In this document: one piece after another, positions 1 through 9,902 of the stretch | Numbering within the stretch: the first letter of the stretch is position 1 | Layout: each line of letters begins with the position of its first letter | DNA from: Sphingorhabdus sp. | Lineage (GTDB): Bacteria; Pseudomonadota; Alphaproteobacteria; Sphingomonadales; Sphingomonadaceae | Reading direction: 5' to 3' | NCBI RefSeq assembly: GCF_029865925.1 | Contig: NZ_JARXAI010000024.1 | Location: forward strand, 26,681 to 90,680 | Length of the DNA stretch: 64,000 nt | Program-made: the position numbers and the translations under genes | The notes under the pieces: generated by a model | What the model saw: the letters and a program-made list of their open reading frames with translations, nothing else | What the model was told of the DNA's origin: nothing | Databases searched by the model: none

Positions 1-2
1 GC

Positions 3-1004
3 TCTACGGACCGTGGCAGGCTGACCGAGCGCGATGGGCAAGCTATCTTGCGTCAGGTATCCGGCGTCAGCGCAGTCGCCCCACAAATCCGGAGCAGCGT
101 CCAACTGGTCACACCTGGCCGTAGCGCAACAACCCAAGCGACCGGCGCAACACCCGAATATGGCGATGTGTCGAACATCACTGCATCCGAAGGGCGTTTC
201 CTGTCCGATAGCGATGTCGGAGCCGCGGCACGTGTGGTGGTGATCGGTCAGACAGTAGCAGACAAGCTGTTCGCCGACGCAAATCCTGTCGGTGAAACTG
301 TCCGGATCAACCGCGTACCATTTAAGGTTATCGGTTTGCTAGAAAGCAAGGGGAGTAATCTGGGTAACGACAATGACGACCAGATTGTCGTTCCGATAAC
401 GACGCTGCGTCAGAGGCTGTTGACCACGGCAACGCAAGGACCCGACGATGTAACATTGCTGTTTGTCGGCTTCATCGACGAGGAATCGCTTCTCTTGGGC
501 CAGCAGGAAATCAAGCGCATGTTGCGCGATCGCTACCGTGTGCCAAAAGGCAGGATTAGCCCGTTCACCGTTCGCACAACGACTGAGATTGCCGAAACGA
601 CTGGTCAAGTGACCCAGATATTCCAAGCGGTTTTGGTCGCGATTGCCTCAATCTCATTGTTAGTAGGCGGCATCGGTATCATGAACATCATGCTGGTTAG
701 CGTGACCGAGCGCACGCGCGAAATCGGGCTTCGTATGGCGTTGGGCGCAAAACGCAGCGACATTAGAAACCAGTTCCTGGTCGAAGCTGCTGTTCTCTGC
801 GTGATTGGCGGCGCCATTGGCCTGACATTAGCGCTGGTCGCCGCGGCCATTTTTCAGAAAGTCGCCGACTTTCCGGCACCGGTCGGATTGGACACAGCAT
901 TATTGTCGGTCGCGTTTTCAGCAATCATCGGAATATTGTTCGGTGGTTACCCGGCTATTCGGGCATCCCGCCTCTCTCCGATAGAAGCCTTACGCAGCGA
1001 ATAG
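3..1004 (+). CDS. MacB/FtsX-family ABC transporter permease (5'-truncated by window edge)
   Basis: Frame is open from nt 3 (STDRGRLTERDG...). Contains VVVIGQTVA..LF and FKVIGLL in the periplasmic part, and the C-terminal FtsX signature GGIGIMNIMLVSVTERTREIGLRMALGA...FLVEA...PAIRASRLSPIEALRSE. Confidence 0.93.
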   Translation, partial: STDRGRLTERDGQAILRQVSGVSAVAPQIRSSVQLVTPGRSATTQATGATPEYGDVSNITASEGRFLSDSDVGAAARVVVIGQTVADKLFADANPVGETVRINRVPFKVIGLLESKGSNLGNDNDDQIVVPITTLRQRLLTTATQGPDDVTLLFVGFIDEESLLLGQQEIKRMLRDRYRVPKGRISPFTVRTTTEIAETTGQVTQIFQAVLVAIASISLLVGGIGIMNIMLVSVTERTREIGLRMALGAKRSDIRNQFLVEAAVLCVIGGAIGLTLALVAAAIFQKVADFPAPVGLDTALLSVAFSAIIGILFGGYPAIRASRLSPIEALRSE

Positions 1005-1126
1005 CCAGAATTTCCCCGATAACGACAGTTGAAGCAGCGGGTCGAGGCTGCGTTGACCGTTCACGATCTGTGGCAAACAGGTACCGTTTCCGCCCACAGC
1101 GCCCACCATTTAAAGGGTGGATAGCC

Positions 1127-1444
1127 TCAGTAGGAGCGATCTCTCTCATCTGCGATCTGTTCACTGATGTCGGCAGCCTTTTTGCAGGCGTCCTTATCGC
1201 CATCTGCGCAGCGCTCGCGGGCCTTATCACGCCGCCGGGCAAGCTCGCCGATATTTTCTTCACGGTGACGCAATTCGCGCCCGCGCTTTTCATCGGACTC
1301 AGACTGGCTAGTCGTCAGGACATCGGCGACTTTTGAAACTACCCTAACCGGCTTGGTCATCACATCGCCTACGACTGACGCCACACATCCCTGCAACACA
1401 AACAAGGGAACCGCGGCCAAAACCAAACGCATATTACGCACCAA
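1127..1444 (-). CDS. Small predicted lipoprotein, unknown function
   Basis: TTG start 7 nt after GGGAGG; hydrophobic signal with lipobox LQGC; charged helical C-terminus with C-x7-C; 22 nt downstream of galU. Confidence 0.7.
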   Translation of the reverse strand: MVRNMRLVLAAVPLFVLQGCVASVVGDVMTKPVRVVSKVADVLTTSQSESDEKRGRELRHREENIGELARRRDKARERCADGDKDACKKAADISEQIADERDRSY

Positions 1445-1466
1445 GATACATCCTCCCTATGTCCAT

Positions 1467-2336
1467 CTATTTCAGCAAATTCAGTGCGATCGCGCGGACT
1501 TGCTCCGCCATATCTGGACGCTGGAGCGCCAGTGCCAAATTCGCCTCGATATAGCCGACCTTTGATCCACAATCATAACGTTTTCCGTCAAAGGTGACTG
1601 CATTAAACGGTTGCTGCCCGATCATTTGCGCCATGGCGTCGGTAAGTTGAATTTCACCCCCGGCGCCTTTTTCCTGTCCTTCAAGGATCTGCATGACCTC
1701 TGGCTGCAGAATGTAACGCCCTGACACGATAAGGTTTGACGGCGCGTCTTCGACCTTGGGCTTTTCAACAAGGCCAAGGACTTCCGTCACCGCGCCATTG
1801 GTTGCGCCTGGGGCAATGACACCATAGCTCGACACATCTTTATGGGGTACTTCAAGCACGCTGATGATGTTTCCGCCAATGTGTTGATAGGCATCAACCA
1901 TTTGCTTCATGCAGCCCGGCGATCCGTGCATGAATTCGTCGGGAAGAAAAATGGCGAAAGGCTCATCACCGATAATATCGCGCGCGCACCAAATGGCATG
2001 ACCGAGGCCTAATGGCTCCTGCTGTCGGACATAAACGCAGTTGCCGGGCGTAAGGCGTGTATTCGCCAAAACCGAGACATCCTTGCCGCGTGACGTCATG
2101 GTGTGCTCAAGTTCGAAGGCAATGTCGAAATGGTCTTCGATTACGCTCTTGCCGCGCCCAGTAACGAAGATCATTTGTTCAATCCCCGCCTCACGCGCTT
2201 CGTCGACCGCATATTGGATCAGTGGACTATCGACAATCGGCAGCATCTCTTTGGGAATGGCTTTTGTCGCCGGCAGGAAACGCGTTCCTAATCCAGCGAC
2301 AGGAAAAATAGCTTTACGAACAGGTTTGTGCATCAT
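1467..2336 (-). CDS. galU: UTP--glucose-1-phosphate uridylyltransferase
   Basis: KAIFPVAGLGTRFLPATKAIPKEMLP, QQEPLGLGHA, VEKP and GGEIQLTDA motifs. Start moved to MMHKPVRK. Confidence 0.97.
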   Translation of the reverse strand: MMHKPVRKAIFPVAGLGTRFLPATKAIPKEMLPIVDSPLIQYAVDEAREAGIEQMIFVTGRGKSVIEDHFDIAFELEHTMTSRGKDVSVLANTRLTPGNCVYVRQQEPLGLGHAIWCARDIIGDEPFAIFLPDEFMHGSPGCMKQMVDAYQHIGGNIISVLEVPHKDVSSYGVIAPGATNGAVTEVLGLVEKPKVEDAPSNLIVSGRYILQPEVMQILEGQEKGAGGEIQLTDAMAQMIGQQPFNAVTFDGKRYDCGSKVGYIEANLALALQRPDMAEQVRAIALNLLK

Positions 2337-2367
2337 CCTATCTGCATAACGCAGGAAACCGTATTGT

Positions 2368-2907
2368 CTACGCAGAGTTGGCGAGCCGTTGGGCAAAACC
2401 TTTTTTCAGCTTTGCCAATTTGGGCGGAATGACGGCGAGGCAATAGGAGTTGCGCTGGCCCTCGCCATCCCAATATTCCTGATGATAATCCTCTGCTGGA
2501 TACCAGGTGGCTGGACCTTCGATGGTTGTGACAATTGGCGCTGGCCAGTCGCCTGCGGCCTTTAAAATGCCGGCTTCGGCCATTTCGCGCTGTTCGTCCG
2601 ACAACAAGAAGATGGCGGACCGATATTGGGTGCCGATGTCATTGCCTTGCCGATTGAGTTGCGTCGGATCATGGGTGGCAAAGAATATTTCGAGCAAGTC
2701 GGCGTAGCTGATGACTTCTGCATCGAAAGCGATACGTATTGCCTCTGCGTGCCCTGTAGTACCGCCACATACCTCTTTGTAAGTTGGATCGACTGTGTGC
2801 CCGCCAATATAGCCACTTACGACGCTGTGTACGCCGTTTAGCTGGCCAAAGACGGCTTCGGTGCACCAGAAACAACCTCCGGCGAAAATGGCTTCTTCTT
2901 GAGGCAT
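2368..2907 (-). CDS. msrA: Peptide-methionine (S)-S-oxide reductase MsrA
   Basis: GGCFWC catalytic motif, GHAEA, HDPTQLNRQGNDIGTQYRS and AEDYHQEY. Start moved to MPQEEAIF, 4 nt after the RND stop. Confidence 0.97.
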   Translation of the reverse strand: MPQEEAIFAGGCFWCTEAVFGQLNGVHSVVSGYIGGHTVDPTYKEVCGGTTGHAEAIRIAFDAEVISYADLLEIFFATHDPTQLNRQGNDIGTQYRSAIFLLSDEQREMAEAGILKAAGDWPAPIVTTIEGPATWYPAEDYHQEYWDGEGQRNSYCLAVIPPKLAKLKKGFAQRLANSA

Positions 2908-2911
2908 AAGC

Positions 2912-5900
2912 TTACCCTTGAACTTGGGCGGAAACTGCGGCCTTCGCCGCATCCCCGCGCACCACCAGCAAATACATAGCTGGTGTGACAATACGTGATA
3001 GCAAAGTTGAGGAAATCAACCCCCCGATCAATACGATTGCCAGCGGTCCGTAGAGGCTGCCGCCAAACAAAGCGAGCGGCATGAGGCCACCAATTGCCGT
3101 GACTGAGGTCAACAGCACCGGCAGGAACCGCACTTCGCCTGCCTTTTCAATGGCATCGCGCAAGGTGTAGCCGCGCTGCCGCAACTGGCTCGTGAAATCG
3201 ACCAAAAGGATCGAATTCTTTATCTCGATGCCGATCAGCGCGATAAAGCCGATAATGGCAAGAAACGACAGATTGTTTCCAGTCGCCCAAAGCGCAATAA
3301 GACCGCCAAATGTACCCAGAGGGATAACGCCAGCGACAACCAAGGCCTCTTTAAACCGACCAAATTCGGCGACAAGAATGGCAAAAATGCTAAACAAAGC
3401 TACCACAACGACTGGGCCGAAGCCGGCAAAGGTGTCATTGATTTTTTCGGCTTCTCCGCCGACTGCTATTGAATAGCCTGGCTTGAGCGGAATGCTGTCC
3501 ATCCGTTTTTGTGCATCAAGATTGACCTTTGACACTACAGCGCTATCCAAAATTTGCGCACTGACGCTGACGTTGCGCCGAAGGTTATACCGGTAAATGG
3601 CGGAAGGGATCGATTCCAACGTTGGATTGGAAATCTCGGCCAGCTGGATCGCTTGTCCGCTTCGGTTCGTCACGTAAATGGATGCGAGGGCAGACACTGG
3701 TTGGGTCTCTGCCAGCGGCAAGCGCACGACAACGGGATAGCTATCGCCTTCGGTATCCCGATACGTACCCGCACGCTCCCCACTTAGCGCAAGCCGGATT
3801 GCGCGGCGCGCCGCGCCAGCGGGGACATCCAGCAATGCAGCTTTTGCTTCGTCCACCCGCACATCAAGATCAACCTTGTCGAACGCAACCGGATTATTCA
3901 CGTCTCTGGTGCCGGGGGTTTCGCGCAGAACCTGCTCCATTTTGGCCGCAAGGCGCTTCAGCTCGGCCTGATCAGGACCATAAGCGCGGAATTCCACTGG
4001 TGCGTTTATCGGAGCGCCGTTCTGGAAAAGCACCAATTTGATCCGCGCACCGGAGATCTCGTCAAGCTGCTTACGCAACCGCTTTATCATAGCGCGTGAC
4101 TTGGAACCTTCCCAATTGTCCATGATCGCGAGAACCTCACCATGGGTAGGGTTTTCGCCGCGTTGAAAGACATTATAGAAAACGGGCGGATTATATGCGC
4201 CAACATTTTCCGCCCGTACTTTGATGGCGGGTTCGGTTTTCAAGACTGCAGAAACCTGGGCAACGATGCGCCCGGTTTCGTCTATGCTCGCACCTTGTTC
4301 GGCCTCCACAGTCACGCGAAAATAGGGCGTGTCGGCGTTTGGAAACAGGCTGAAGCCAAGTAGCGGGACAAGAAAGAAGGCTGCACAGGTGCCCGCTAAC
4401 GCGCCCCATACGGAGCGGCGGGGCCGGTCCAGCGCCCAATGCAGCATCGGGTGATAGAAACGGTCAATCTTCTGCATCAGCCATTGCAAGGCCGCGCTGC
4501 CATCCTCCGATGCATCGTCTTTCAATATGCGGCTGGCAAGAAACGGAACAATGGTCAGCGACACAATCATCGATGCTGTAATCGTCGCCACAATGGTCCC
4601 GATGAAGCTTTGGATGAATTTTCCGGCGCCTTCGGGAAGAAAGAAAAGCGGCAAAAAGGCAAAGACCAAAACGCCTGTCGACCCCAAAACCGCCATCGTG
4701 ATCTCTTTGGTGCCGTCAATCGCCGCTTCGCTGCGGCTTTTTCCCATGCGCAAATGCCGCGCGATGTTTTCGACGACGACAATCGAGTCATCGACCAGCA
4801 AGCCTAATGTCAAAATGAAGCCCGCGACCACCAACTGGCTCAGGTTAAAACCATAAGCTGATATCGCGAGCAGACCCGACGCAATCGAGAGCGGGATTGA
4901 AATCATCACGATCACCGACGCCCGCCAGCCCAAAGGCAGAAGTGTTATCAACACGAGGAACAATGCGATCCCAAAGTCGCGGGCAAGCTCGTTAAGGCGT
5001 TTCCTGATATCCTTGCTCTGGTCGAATTGGATAACGGCCTTAATATCCGCCGGAAGCAATTTTTGTTGCTTGGCGAGTTCTTCAACCAACCGATTGCGTA
5101 GCTTGGTCGCATCCGTGCCTTGTTTCTGATTGGCTGTGATAACAACGGCCCGTTTGCCATTATGGCTTACTTTCACGCGCTGTTCGGCTGCGCTGATTTT
5201 CACATCAGCCACATCGCCGACGCGGATTATGGATCCGTCGTTCGAGCGAATTGGAAGGTTGCGGATGGTATCTACGTTGCGAAAGGCGCCGCCTGTTTCC
5301 ACATTGAACCGTCGTGCTCCGCTGGTAACGGCGCCGGCCGGAACGTCAGCACCACCAACGCGAATGGCGTCGACCACAACACTTGCTGGCAAGCGTAACT
5401 CTGCCAGCCGACCGGAATTGATCGATACGCTGATTTCCGGTTGCGGAAGTCCGAAGATATCCGCCTCGCGCACCTCCTTATCGCGCCCCAATGCTTCGCT
5501 AATATCGCGCGCATATTTTTCCATCCGGTACCAACTTGCCGTGTCGCTTAACAAGGCAATCTGAAGGATGGAGGCGTTGGTTGTCCGCACTTTCTCGAAT
5601 TGTAGCCGTTGCAGGTCCGCCGGAAGCTGACTGCGGATCGCGGTGACTTCACGCACGGTGTCATTGAAATATTGGTCTGGGTCCCCTGACCAGTCAAACT
5701 CCACACGAATGAGGGCACTTCCATCGCTGCTGGTGGACGCAGCTTGCTGAACATCCTCCAAACCTTGAACCAGCTCTTCGATAGGCTTTGTAATGGTTTG
5801 CTCGATTTCCGCTGCATCTGCGCCTGGTTGCGATACCAGAATCGACACTATCGGCATGGAAAAATGCGGATCCACTGCACGAGGAACTTGTTGGAACGCA

Positions 5901-5980
5901 GAAAAACCCATCGCACATAGCAGCGTGAACAAGACGAGCGTTAGCTGCCACCTGCGAATTGCAACCTCTGCGATATGCAT
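2912..5980 (-). CDS. RND efflux transporter permease subunit (AcrB/AcrD/AcrF family)
   Basis: 1022 aa with two large periplasmic loops; TM4 motif GLLVDDSIVVVENI; TM10 IKNSILLVDF; RFLPVLLTSVTAIGGLMPL. Confidence 0.95.
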   Translation of the reverse strand: MHIAEVAIRRWQLTLVLFTLLCAMGFSAFQQVPRAVDPHFSMPIVSILVSQPGADAAEIEQTITKPIEELVQGLEDVQQAASTSSDGSALIRVEFDWSGDPDQYFNDTVREVTAIRSQLPADLQRLQFEKVRTTNASILQIALLSDTASWYRMEKYARDISEALGRDKEVREADIFGLPQPEISVSINSGRLAELRLPASVVVDAIRVGGADVPAGAVTSGARRFNVETGGAFRNVDTIRNLPIRSNDGSIIRVGDVADVKISAAEQRVKVSHNGKRAVVITANQKQGTDATKLRNRLVEELAKQQKLLPADIKAVIQFDQSKDIRKRLNELARDFGIALFLVLITLLPLGWRASVIVMISIPLSIASGLLAISAYGFNLSQLVVAGFILTLGLLVDDSIVVVENIARHLRMGKSRSEAAIDGTKEITMAVLGSTGVLVFAFLPLFFLPEGAGKFIQSFIGTIVATITASMIVSLTIVPFLASRILKDDASEDGSAALQWLMQKIDRFYHPMLHWALDRPRRSVWGALAGTCAAFFLVPLLGFSLFPNADTPYFRVTVEAEQGASIDETGRIVAQVSAVLKTEPAIKVRAENVGAYNPPVFYNVFQRGENPTHGEVLAIMDNWEGSKSRAMIKRLRKQLDEISGARIKLVLFQNGAPINAPVEFRAYGPDQAELKRLAAKMEQVLRETPGTRDVNNPVAFDKVDLDVRVDEAKAALLDVPAGAARRAIRLALSGERAGTYRDTEGDSYPVVVRLPLAETQPVSALASIYVTNRSGQAIQLAEISNPTLESIPSAIYRYNLRRNVSVSAQILDSAVVSKVNLDAQKRMDSIPLKPGYSIAVGGEAEKINDTFAGFGPVVVVALFSIFAILVAEFGRFKEALVVAGVIPLGTFGGLIALWATGNNLSFLAIIGFIALIGIEIKNSILLVDFTSQLRQRGYTLRDAIEKAGEVRFLPVLLTSVTAIGGLMPLALFGGSLYGPLAIVLIGGLISSTLLSRIVTPAMYLLVVRGDAAKAAVSAQVQG

Positions 5981-5983
5981 GCT

Positions 5984-7039
5984 CTAGCGCTTCCTGTTGA
6001 GGACGCGGACCGTCGACCCTGTGCGTAATTTTTCTAGGCCAGACGTCACTATTTGGTCACCAACCCTTAACCCTCCAGACACAAGCACATAATTATCGGT
6101 TACCCGTTCAATCATCACATTACGCGTTTCAACGCGGTTTTTGGGCCCCACCACGTAAACAAGACCTTCGCCGGTGCGGACGCCGAACAAAGCACTCGCG
6201 GAAATTTGCACTTGGTCGCCACTGTCCGATGCAGGGAGCTTGATGGCGGCTGTCCCAATTTGCCCAGACCGCAATACTGGCCGGTTGGGCAGGCTAAACT
6301 GCACGGTAAATGCGCCTGTCGCCGTATTGGCGCGCCCTTCTATTTCGGTAATCGTCGCGGTCAACGGCCCCTCGCCCGCCGATTCAATCGAGATATCCGC
6401 CGCCATACCCACGCGCAATTTCGATGCGTCGCGGTCTACGATGGGTACGCGAAACACGAAACCCTCATCTGCCGCGCCCAGCATAAGCACCGGCGTTCCC
6501 GCAGCAATGATTTGGCCCGCCTGCACATTGCGCATGAGCACAACGCCGCTTGAGGGTGCATACAGTTGCGCGGTATTACGCGCAAAGCCAGCTTGCTGGA
6601 CGCGCGCCTCTGCGCCCTTCACGGCTGCTTCTGCGGATTCAAATCGGGCTTTGGTCACCCAACCATCGGCATATAGCGCGCGGACACGGTCAAACTCTGC
6701 GCGTACACGGTCGCGTTCGGCAGTTGCGACGCTCATGTCCGCGCCAACATTGGTGGTATCAAGTGCAGCCAGCAATGCGCCGCGCTTTACAAAATCGCCC
6801 TCTTCGAAACGAACGAGCGCGACTTTCCCAGCCGTTGTGAACCCCAAAGGCGTCTCGCGACGGTAACGCACGGTGCCGACAGCGTTGATTTCACGCACAA
6901 GGCTTTGTTTCTCAACCGTGAAGACTTGGACAGGATGAACGGGTTGCGCAGCGATTTTGCTGTTGCCGCTATTGTCTCCACAACTCGCAAGCGGGATGAC
7001 CAGCAACAATCCGGCGAACATTTTTGAAGATACTGGCAA
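5984..7039 (-). CDS. RND efflux periplasmic adaptor (membrane fusion protein), lipoprotein
   Basis: TTG start 5 nt after GGAGGG; lipobox LASC; lipoyl-like FEEGDFVKRGALLAALD, alpha-hairpin and APSSGVV; 3 nt from the RND start. Confidence 0.93.
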   Translation of the reverse strand: MPVSSKMFAGLLLVIPLASCGDNSGNSKIAAQPVHPVQVFTVEKQSLVREINAVGTVRYRRETPLGFTTAGKVALVRFEEGDFVKRGALLAALDTTNVGADMSVATAERDRVRAEFDRVRALYADGWVTKARFESAEAAVKGAEARVQQAGFARNTAQLYAPSSGVVLMRNVQAGQIIAAGTPVLMLGAADEGFVFRVPIVDRDASKLRVGMAADISIESAGEGPLTATITEIEGRANTATGAFTVQFSLPNRPVLRSGQIGTAAIKLPASDSGDQVQISASALFGVRTGEGLVYVVGPKNRVETRNVMIERVTDNYVLVSGGLRVGDQIVTSGLEKLRTGSTVRVLNRKR

Positions 7040-7108
7040 ACGGCCCTCCCAAGCTCTGATACCACACCGCGATACGGGAAATTTATTCAGGATGAAATAG
7101 CGTTTTGA

Positions 7109-7126
7109 TATGAAACCTATTTCGTA
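7109..7126. promoter_or_regulatory. Candidate operator upstream of the RND operon
   Basis: Near-perfect palindrome TATGAAA-ccta-TTTCGTA (1 mismatch), about 70 nt upstream of the adaptor start. Confidence 0.3.
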
Positions 7127-7154
7127 ACATCGACACCCGTCAGCACCCCCCTCC

Positions 7155-8114
7155 TCACCGGACTGCGGCCCTCGCAAGCCGGTCATTTATTGCGATGCCG
7201 ATGCCTTCATGCGGAATGGGTGCAACTGCAATAGCGACAGCGGCGCTGGCATCAGCCGTGTGCAGCGCCTCAAACAAATGTGCTGCGGCCTGCGCGAGAT
7301 CACCTGTTGCAGACAGGTTATCGTCGCCTGCAATCGCGCCGAAGCCAATGAGATACACATCGGGTTCCGATGCAATGACGTTTAGCCGAACAGGCTTAAA
7401 CGGCGCATAATGGCTGGCCATTTGGCCAGGCGCCTCAATAAACCCATTGGCAGCGGCGAGCGGCGCATAACCGATGACGTTTTCGATGTCTTCCGAAGTC
7501 ACCGGACCCGGCCTCAAAATCTGCCAACCATCATCGCGCACGGCAACAATGGTCGACTCCAATCCTGCCGAGCAAGAACCCCCGTCTAAAATCATCGGCA
7601 CAGCCCCTCCAAGCCCCTTCAGGACGTGATCGGCGCGGGTTGGGCTGATTGACCCGCTCGGGTTTGCGGAGGGCGCAGCGAGGCTTAAACCGCTTTTTAA
7701 CAGCAACGCCTGCATGACCGGATGTGCTGGGCACCGGATGGCGATAGTGGGCAGTCCTGCGGTCACGGCGCGCGCGATGGGTGCATCGGGTTGCAAAGGC
7801 AGCACCAGCGTCAATGGGCCGGGCCAAAAAGCCTCCGCCAGTGCCTGCGCAGTAGCATTAAACACACCAAGCTTTTCTGCGGCTTTCTGGTTGCGTACAT
7901 GCACAATCAACGGGTTGAAATCTGGACGGCCCTTTGCCGCATAGATACGGGCCACAGCCTCGGCATTTTGGGCATCGGCGGCGAGGCCATATACGGTCTC
8001 GGTGGGAATCGCGACGATCTGTCCAGCCCCCAGAAGCTGTGTCGCAGCCGTAATTGCAGCGTCATCAGCTGGCACAACCCAGCCATTCCCCAAGGTATTT
8101 GAGCCAAACATCAT
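7155..8114 (-). CDS. tsaC: L-threonylcarbamoyladenylate synthase, Sua5 type (with C-terminal Sua5 domain)
   Basis: PTETVYGL, AKGRPDFNPLIVH, FWPGPLTLVL, APSANPSG, GLESTIV, APGQMASHYAP and AINDRLARAA. Confidence 0.95.
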   Translation of the reverse strand: MMFGSNTLGNGWVVPADDAAITAATQLLGAGQIVAIPTETVYGLAADAQNAEAVARIYAAKGRPDFNPLIVHVRNQKAAEKLGVFNATAQALAEAFWPGPLTLVLPLQPDAPIARAVTAGLPTIAIRCPAHPVMQALLLKSGLSLAAPSANPSGSISPTRADHVLKGLGGAVPMILDGGSCSAGLESTIVAVRDDGWQILRPGPVTSEDIENVIGYAPLAAANGFIEAPGQMASHYAPFKPVRLNVIASEPDVYLIGFGAIAGDDNLSATGDLAQAAAHLFEALHTADASAAVAIAVAPIPHEGIGIAINDRLARAAVR

Positions 8115-8165
8115 AAGCGGCTATAGGCGGGTGCGAACCAGCTTTAACAGGATTTTTTAACAGCC

Positions 8166-9902
8166 ATGACGTTTTCAGCACCCGTCGCAGAACAAAACTT
8201 CGTTCTTAAGCATATCGTCGGTATCGATGCATTGGCGCAGCATGCGCGTTTTGCCGATGCGACGCCCGATATGGTGCAAGCCATCGTCGATGGCATTGGC
8301 GCATTTGCAGAAGGCGAATTTGCGCCGTTAAACCGCATTGGCGACACCGTCGGGGCACGTTTGATTGACGGCAAAGTTGTCATGCCTGATGGATTTGTCG
8401 CGGCGTATAAATCCTATGTAGCAAATGGCTGGGGCTCGATTAACGCGCCTGCAGAATTTGGTGGACAAGGCCTGCCATTTTCAATGGCTACTGTCGCATT
8501 GGATTCGTTAGGTGCCGCCAACATGGCGTTTGCGTTATGCCCCATTCTATCGGTCGGCGCGATTGAGGCGATCAACCACCATGGGACGGACCGGCAGAAA
8601 GCACTTTTTCTGCCAAAGCTCTCCACCGGCGCATATTCCGGCACGATGAACCTGACCGAACCGCAAGCAGGTTCCGACGTTGGCGCGCTAAAATCGACCG
8701 CAACGCCGCGTGGTGATGGTAGCTATCACATCAAAGGCACGAAGATTTATATCAGCTTCGGCGACCATGACATGGCCGAAAACATCGTCCATTTGGTGCT
8801 GGCCCGCACGCCCGATGGCCCCGCAGGAACGAAGGGCATTTCGCTGTTTCTGGTACCCAAATATCGGGTCGATGCAGACGGCAATATCGGTGCGCAGAAT
8901 GACATCAAAGTGGTATCTATCGAACATAAGATGGGCATTAATGCATCGCCTACCTGCGTCTTGGCATTTGGCGAAGAAGGCGAATGTATCGGTGAACTGA
9001 TCGGTCCAGAATTCGGCGGGATGCGCGCCATGTTCACGATGATGAACAATGCGCGGCTGAACGTTGGCCTGCAAGGCGTGCAGGTTGCTGAAGCCGCCAC
9101 GCAAAAGGCGATCTGGTTCGCACGGGAGCGCGTTCAGTCGGCTAAGGCAAGCGGGCCATCACGGGAACCCGTTTCTATTGTCGAACACCCTGATGTCCGC
9201 CGAATGCTGTTGCGTATGAAGGCAGGAACGCAAGCAATACGGGCTTTGTTATATCTCGCATCCGGCTATGTTGACCGCGCAACGTTGGGTGAGCCCGGCG
9301 CACAAGAAATGGTCGACCTGTTAACGCCGCTTGCCAAAACCTATGGTACGGACATGGGCAGTGAAATCGCGTCTTTGGGCATTCAGGTGCATGGCGGCAT
9401 GGGCTTTGTCGAGGAAACAGGCGCCGCCCAATATTATCGCGATATCCGGATAGCGGCCATTTACGAAGGCACCAACGGTATTCAGGCCGCGGATCTTGTC
9501 GGTCGAAAGCTGGCGATGCAAGGCGGCGATGTCATCCGCAATCACCTCGCCGCGATCTCGGCGGACGCCGCAGAACATGCGGGTCTATCGGCGCTGGCCG
9601 CGGCAACGGCGGACGTCACGGACTATATGCTCAATGCTGACATTGATGACCGCTTAGCAGGCAGCTATGCCTACACAAATATGATGGCCGTTGCGACATC
9701 GGGCTGGCTCATGTTGAAACAACTGCGCGCCGCTCGGGCCGCAATCGCCAATGGCGACACAAGCGCATTCCTGCGTGCCAAGGTCGCCGCTTGCCGTTAT
9801 TATCTTGACGTGATGGTTCCCGAAGCAATGGCCTTCAAGGGCAGCGCCATGGTCGGTGCGGAATTGCTATATGCGATTGATGCGGAGGAATTGGCGGCTT
9901 GA
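8166..9902 (+). CDS. Acyl-CoA dehydrogenase (long, ~580-aa family)
   Basis: GTMNLTEPQAGSDVG, IKGTKIYIS, KGISLFLVPK, EHKMGINASPT, QVHGGMGF and IYEGTNGIQA. Confidence 0.95.
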   Translation: MTFSAPVAEQNFVLKHIVGIDALAQHARFADATPDMVQAIVDGIGAFAEGEFAPLNRIGDTVGARLIDGKVVMPDGFVAAYKSYVANGWGSINAPAEFGGQGLPFSMATVALDSLGAANMAFALCPILSVGAIEAINHHGTDRQKALFLPKLSTGAYSGTMNLTEPQAGSDVGALKSTATPRGDGSYHIKGTKIYISFGDHDMAENIVHLVLARTPDGPAGTKGISLFLVPKYRVDADGNIGAQNDIKVVSIEHKMGINASPTCVLAFGEEGECIGELIGPEFGGMRAMFTMMNNARLNVGLQGVQVAEAATQKAIWFARERVQSAKASGPSREPVSIVEHPDVRRMLLRMKAGTQAIRALLYLASGYVDRATLGEPGAQEMVDLLTPLAKTYGTDMGSEIASLGIQVHGGMGFVEETGAAQYYRDIRIAAIYEGTNGIQAADLVGRKLAMQGGDVIRNHLAAISADAAEHAGLSALAAATADVTDYMLNADIDDRLAGSYAYTNMMAVATSGWLMLKQLRAARAAIANGDTSAFLRAKVAACRYYLDVMVPEAMAFKGSAMVGAELLYAIDAEELAA

